NCBI GenBank assembly: GCA_036386415.1
Contig: DASVVT010000088.1
Location: forward strand, 1-64,000
Origin: Pyrinomonadaceae bacterium
GTDB lineage: Bacteria; Acidobacteriota; Blastocatellia; Pyrinomonadales; Pyrinomonadaceae
Reading direction: 5' to 3'
Length of the DNA: 64,000 bases
Positions 63,349 to 64,000 of this stretch are shown piece by piece. Within the stretch, counting starts at the first letter, position 1. Each line of letters starts with the position of its first letter. The notes below the pieces were generated by a model. That model ran no database searches. It was not told the DNA's origin and saw only the letters and a list, made by a program, of their open reading frames with translations. A program made the position numbers and the translations under genes.

Positions 63349-64000
63349 CCTGTTGTTGAGTATAAACTTCTCAATCGCGTCGGCCACGCCGTCTTCGTCG
63401 TTGGTGGCGGTGACGTGAAAATCCGTGATGCCGTTCAGGCTGTCGCGCAGGTCTGGTTCGGCGTTGCCCATCACGACGCTGATCCCGGCGAAGCCGAGCA
63501 TCTCAAGGTCATTGAAATTATCGCCGATAGCCATCACCTCTTCACGCTTGAGGCCATATTCGGTAGCGACCGCCTCGACGCCGACGCCCTTCGAGACAGC
63601 CGGATGCAGCACGTCCACGAGCGCGAAGTCCTGTTTCGGATACATAGTGGTCAGGACTTTGACGCTCTCTCCAAGCTCGCGCCGCAGTGCTTCGTCCAGA
63701 CGCCTCATCGTCGAACAGTTGCCGGAGAAAGCCACGTGTACCGGCGCGTGATCGAGATACTCTTCGAGCGAAGGAACGCGGCGCACGGCCTCTTCCGCCT
63801 CGTCGCCATGGATGCGGCGCGACCAGGCGATGTACTTCAAAAGCGCCGTGTTGTCTTCGCTCAGATGATCGTAGACCAGGAGCCCCGCACCAACGGGGTC
63901 GTCGCTCACGAGCGCGTCTGCCCCTTCCCTGCGCCCGACACGCAGCACCTCGTGCGCGGCTTCGAGCGGCAGCAGATTGACGGCCACCGTTTCCAGCGTG
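63340..64000 (-). CDS. Cof-type HAD-IIB family hydrolase (5' end runs off the window)
   Basis: GDNFNDLEM (GDxxNDxxM) HAD motif IV region and cap domain. The N-terminal DxD motif must lie beyond 64000. The TAG stop lies in the right arm of repeat F. Confidence 0.8.
   Translation of the reverse strand, partial: TLETVAVNLLPLEAAHEVLRVGRREGADALVSDDPVGAGLLVYDHLSEDNTALLKYIAWSRRIHGDEAEEAVRRVPSLEEYLDHAPVHVAFSGNCSTMRRLDEALRRELGESVKVLTTMYPKQDFALVDVLHPAVSKGVGVEAVATEYGLKREEVMAIGDNFNDLEMLGFAGISVVMGNAEPDLRDSLNGITDFHVTATNDEDGVADAIEKFILNNRRQ

Noticed and set aside
1-64000. CRISPR array, rRNA or tRNA genes
   Set aside because: The many repeats are inverted (hairpin) rather than direct repeats with unique spacers. 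No cloverleaf-compatible 70-90-nt segments or rRNA-like conserved blocks were seen in the intergenic regions.

Overview
This is a high-GC (~60-65%) chromosomal window, probably from an Acidobacteria-like Gram-negative bacterium. It carries about 38 protein-coding genes. Housekeeping genes include rlmN, acpS, pgeF/yfiH, the PBP1A gene mrcA, ribBA, thiD and ppiB. An outer-membrane biogenesis cluster reads tamB-like -> giant Omp85 -> SurA-N chaperone. A c-di-GMP/sigma-54 signalling neighbourhood contains a PilZ protein, an HD-GYP/GAF/GGDEF protein, a REC-PAS histidine kinase, an NtrC-type regulator, and a ferredoxin-motif/HEAT/cNMP-binding membrane protein. Also present are an OPT transporter, an MFS transporter, an FbpBC-like ABC pair, and secreted proteins: an M36 protease, two carboxypeptidase-regulatory-domain paralogs and a 14-repeat beta-propeller protein. 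One horizontally acquired low-GC island (~11.25-14.39 kb) is flanked by a 16-bp direct repeat. It encodes a small zinc-ribbon protein translationally coupled to a single-chain nuclease-like/N6A-methyltransferase/HsdS-TRD restriction-modification enzyme, preceded by a GTATATAC iteron array. The most unusual content is non-coding. At least four families of long intergenic hairpin elements occur 2-6 times each, and their stems are built from tandem heptamers. The families are AGTAGTC x6, ATTGCGG x2, TTTAAACGCAAAG...CTTTGCGTTTAAA x6, and AACGTGAGTTCGAC-TIR x2, with singletons built from AGATGTY, AGGGATG and AATGMGG heptamers. Family members share conserved loop modules. They sit exactly at gene 3' ends, often supplying the stop codons or C-terminal tails of the flanking genes, and once between the two genes of an ABC operon. 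No rRNA, tRNA or CRISPR array was found.
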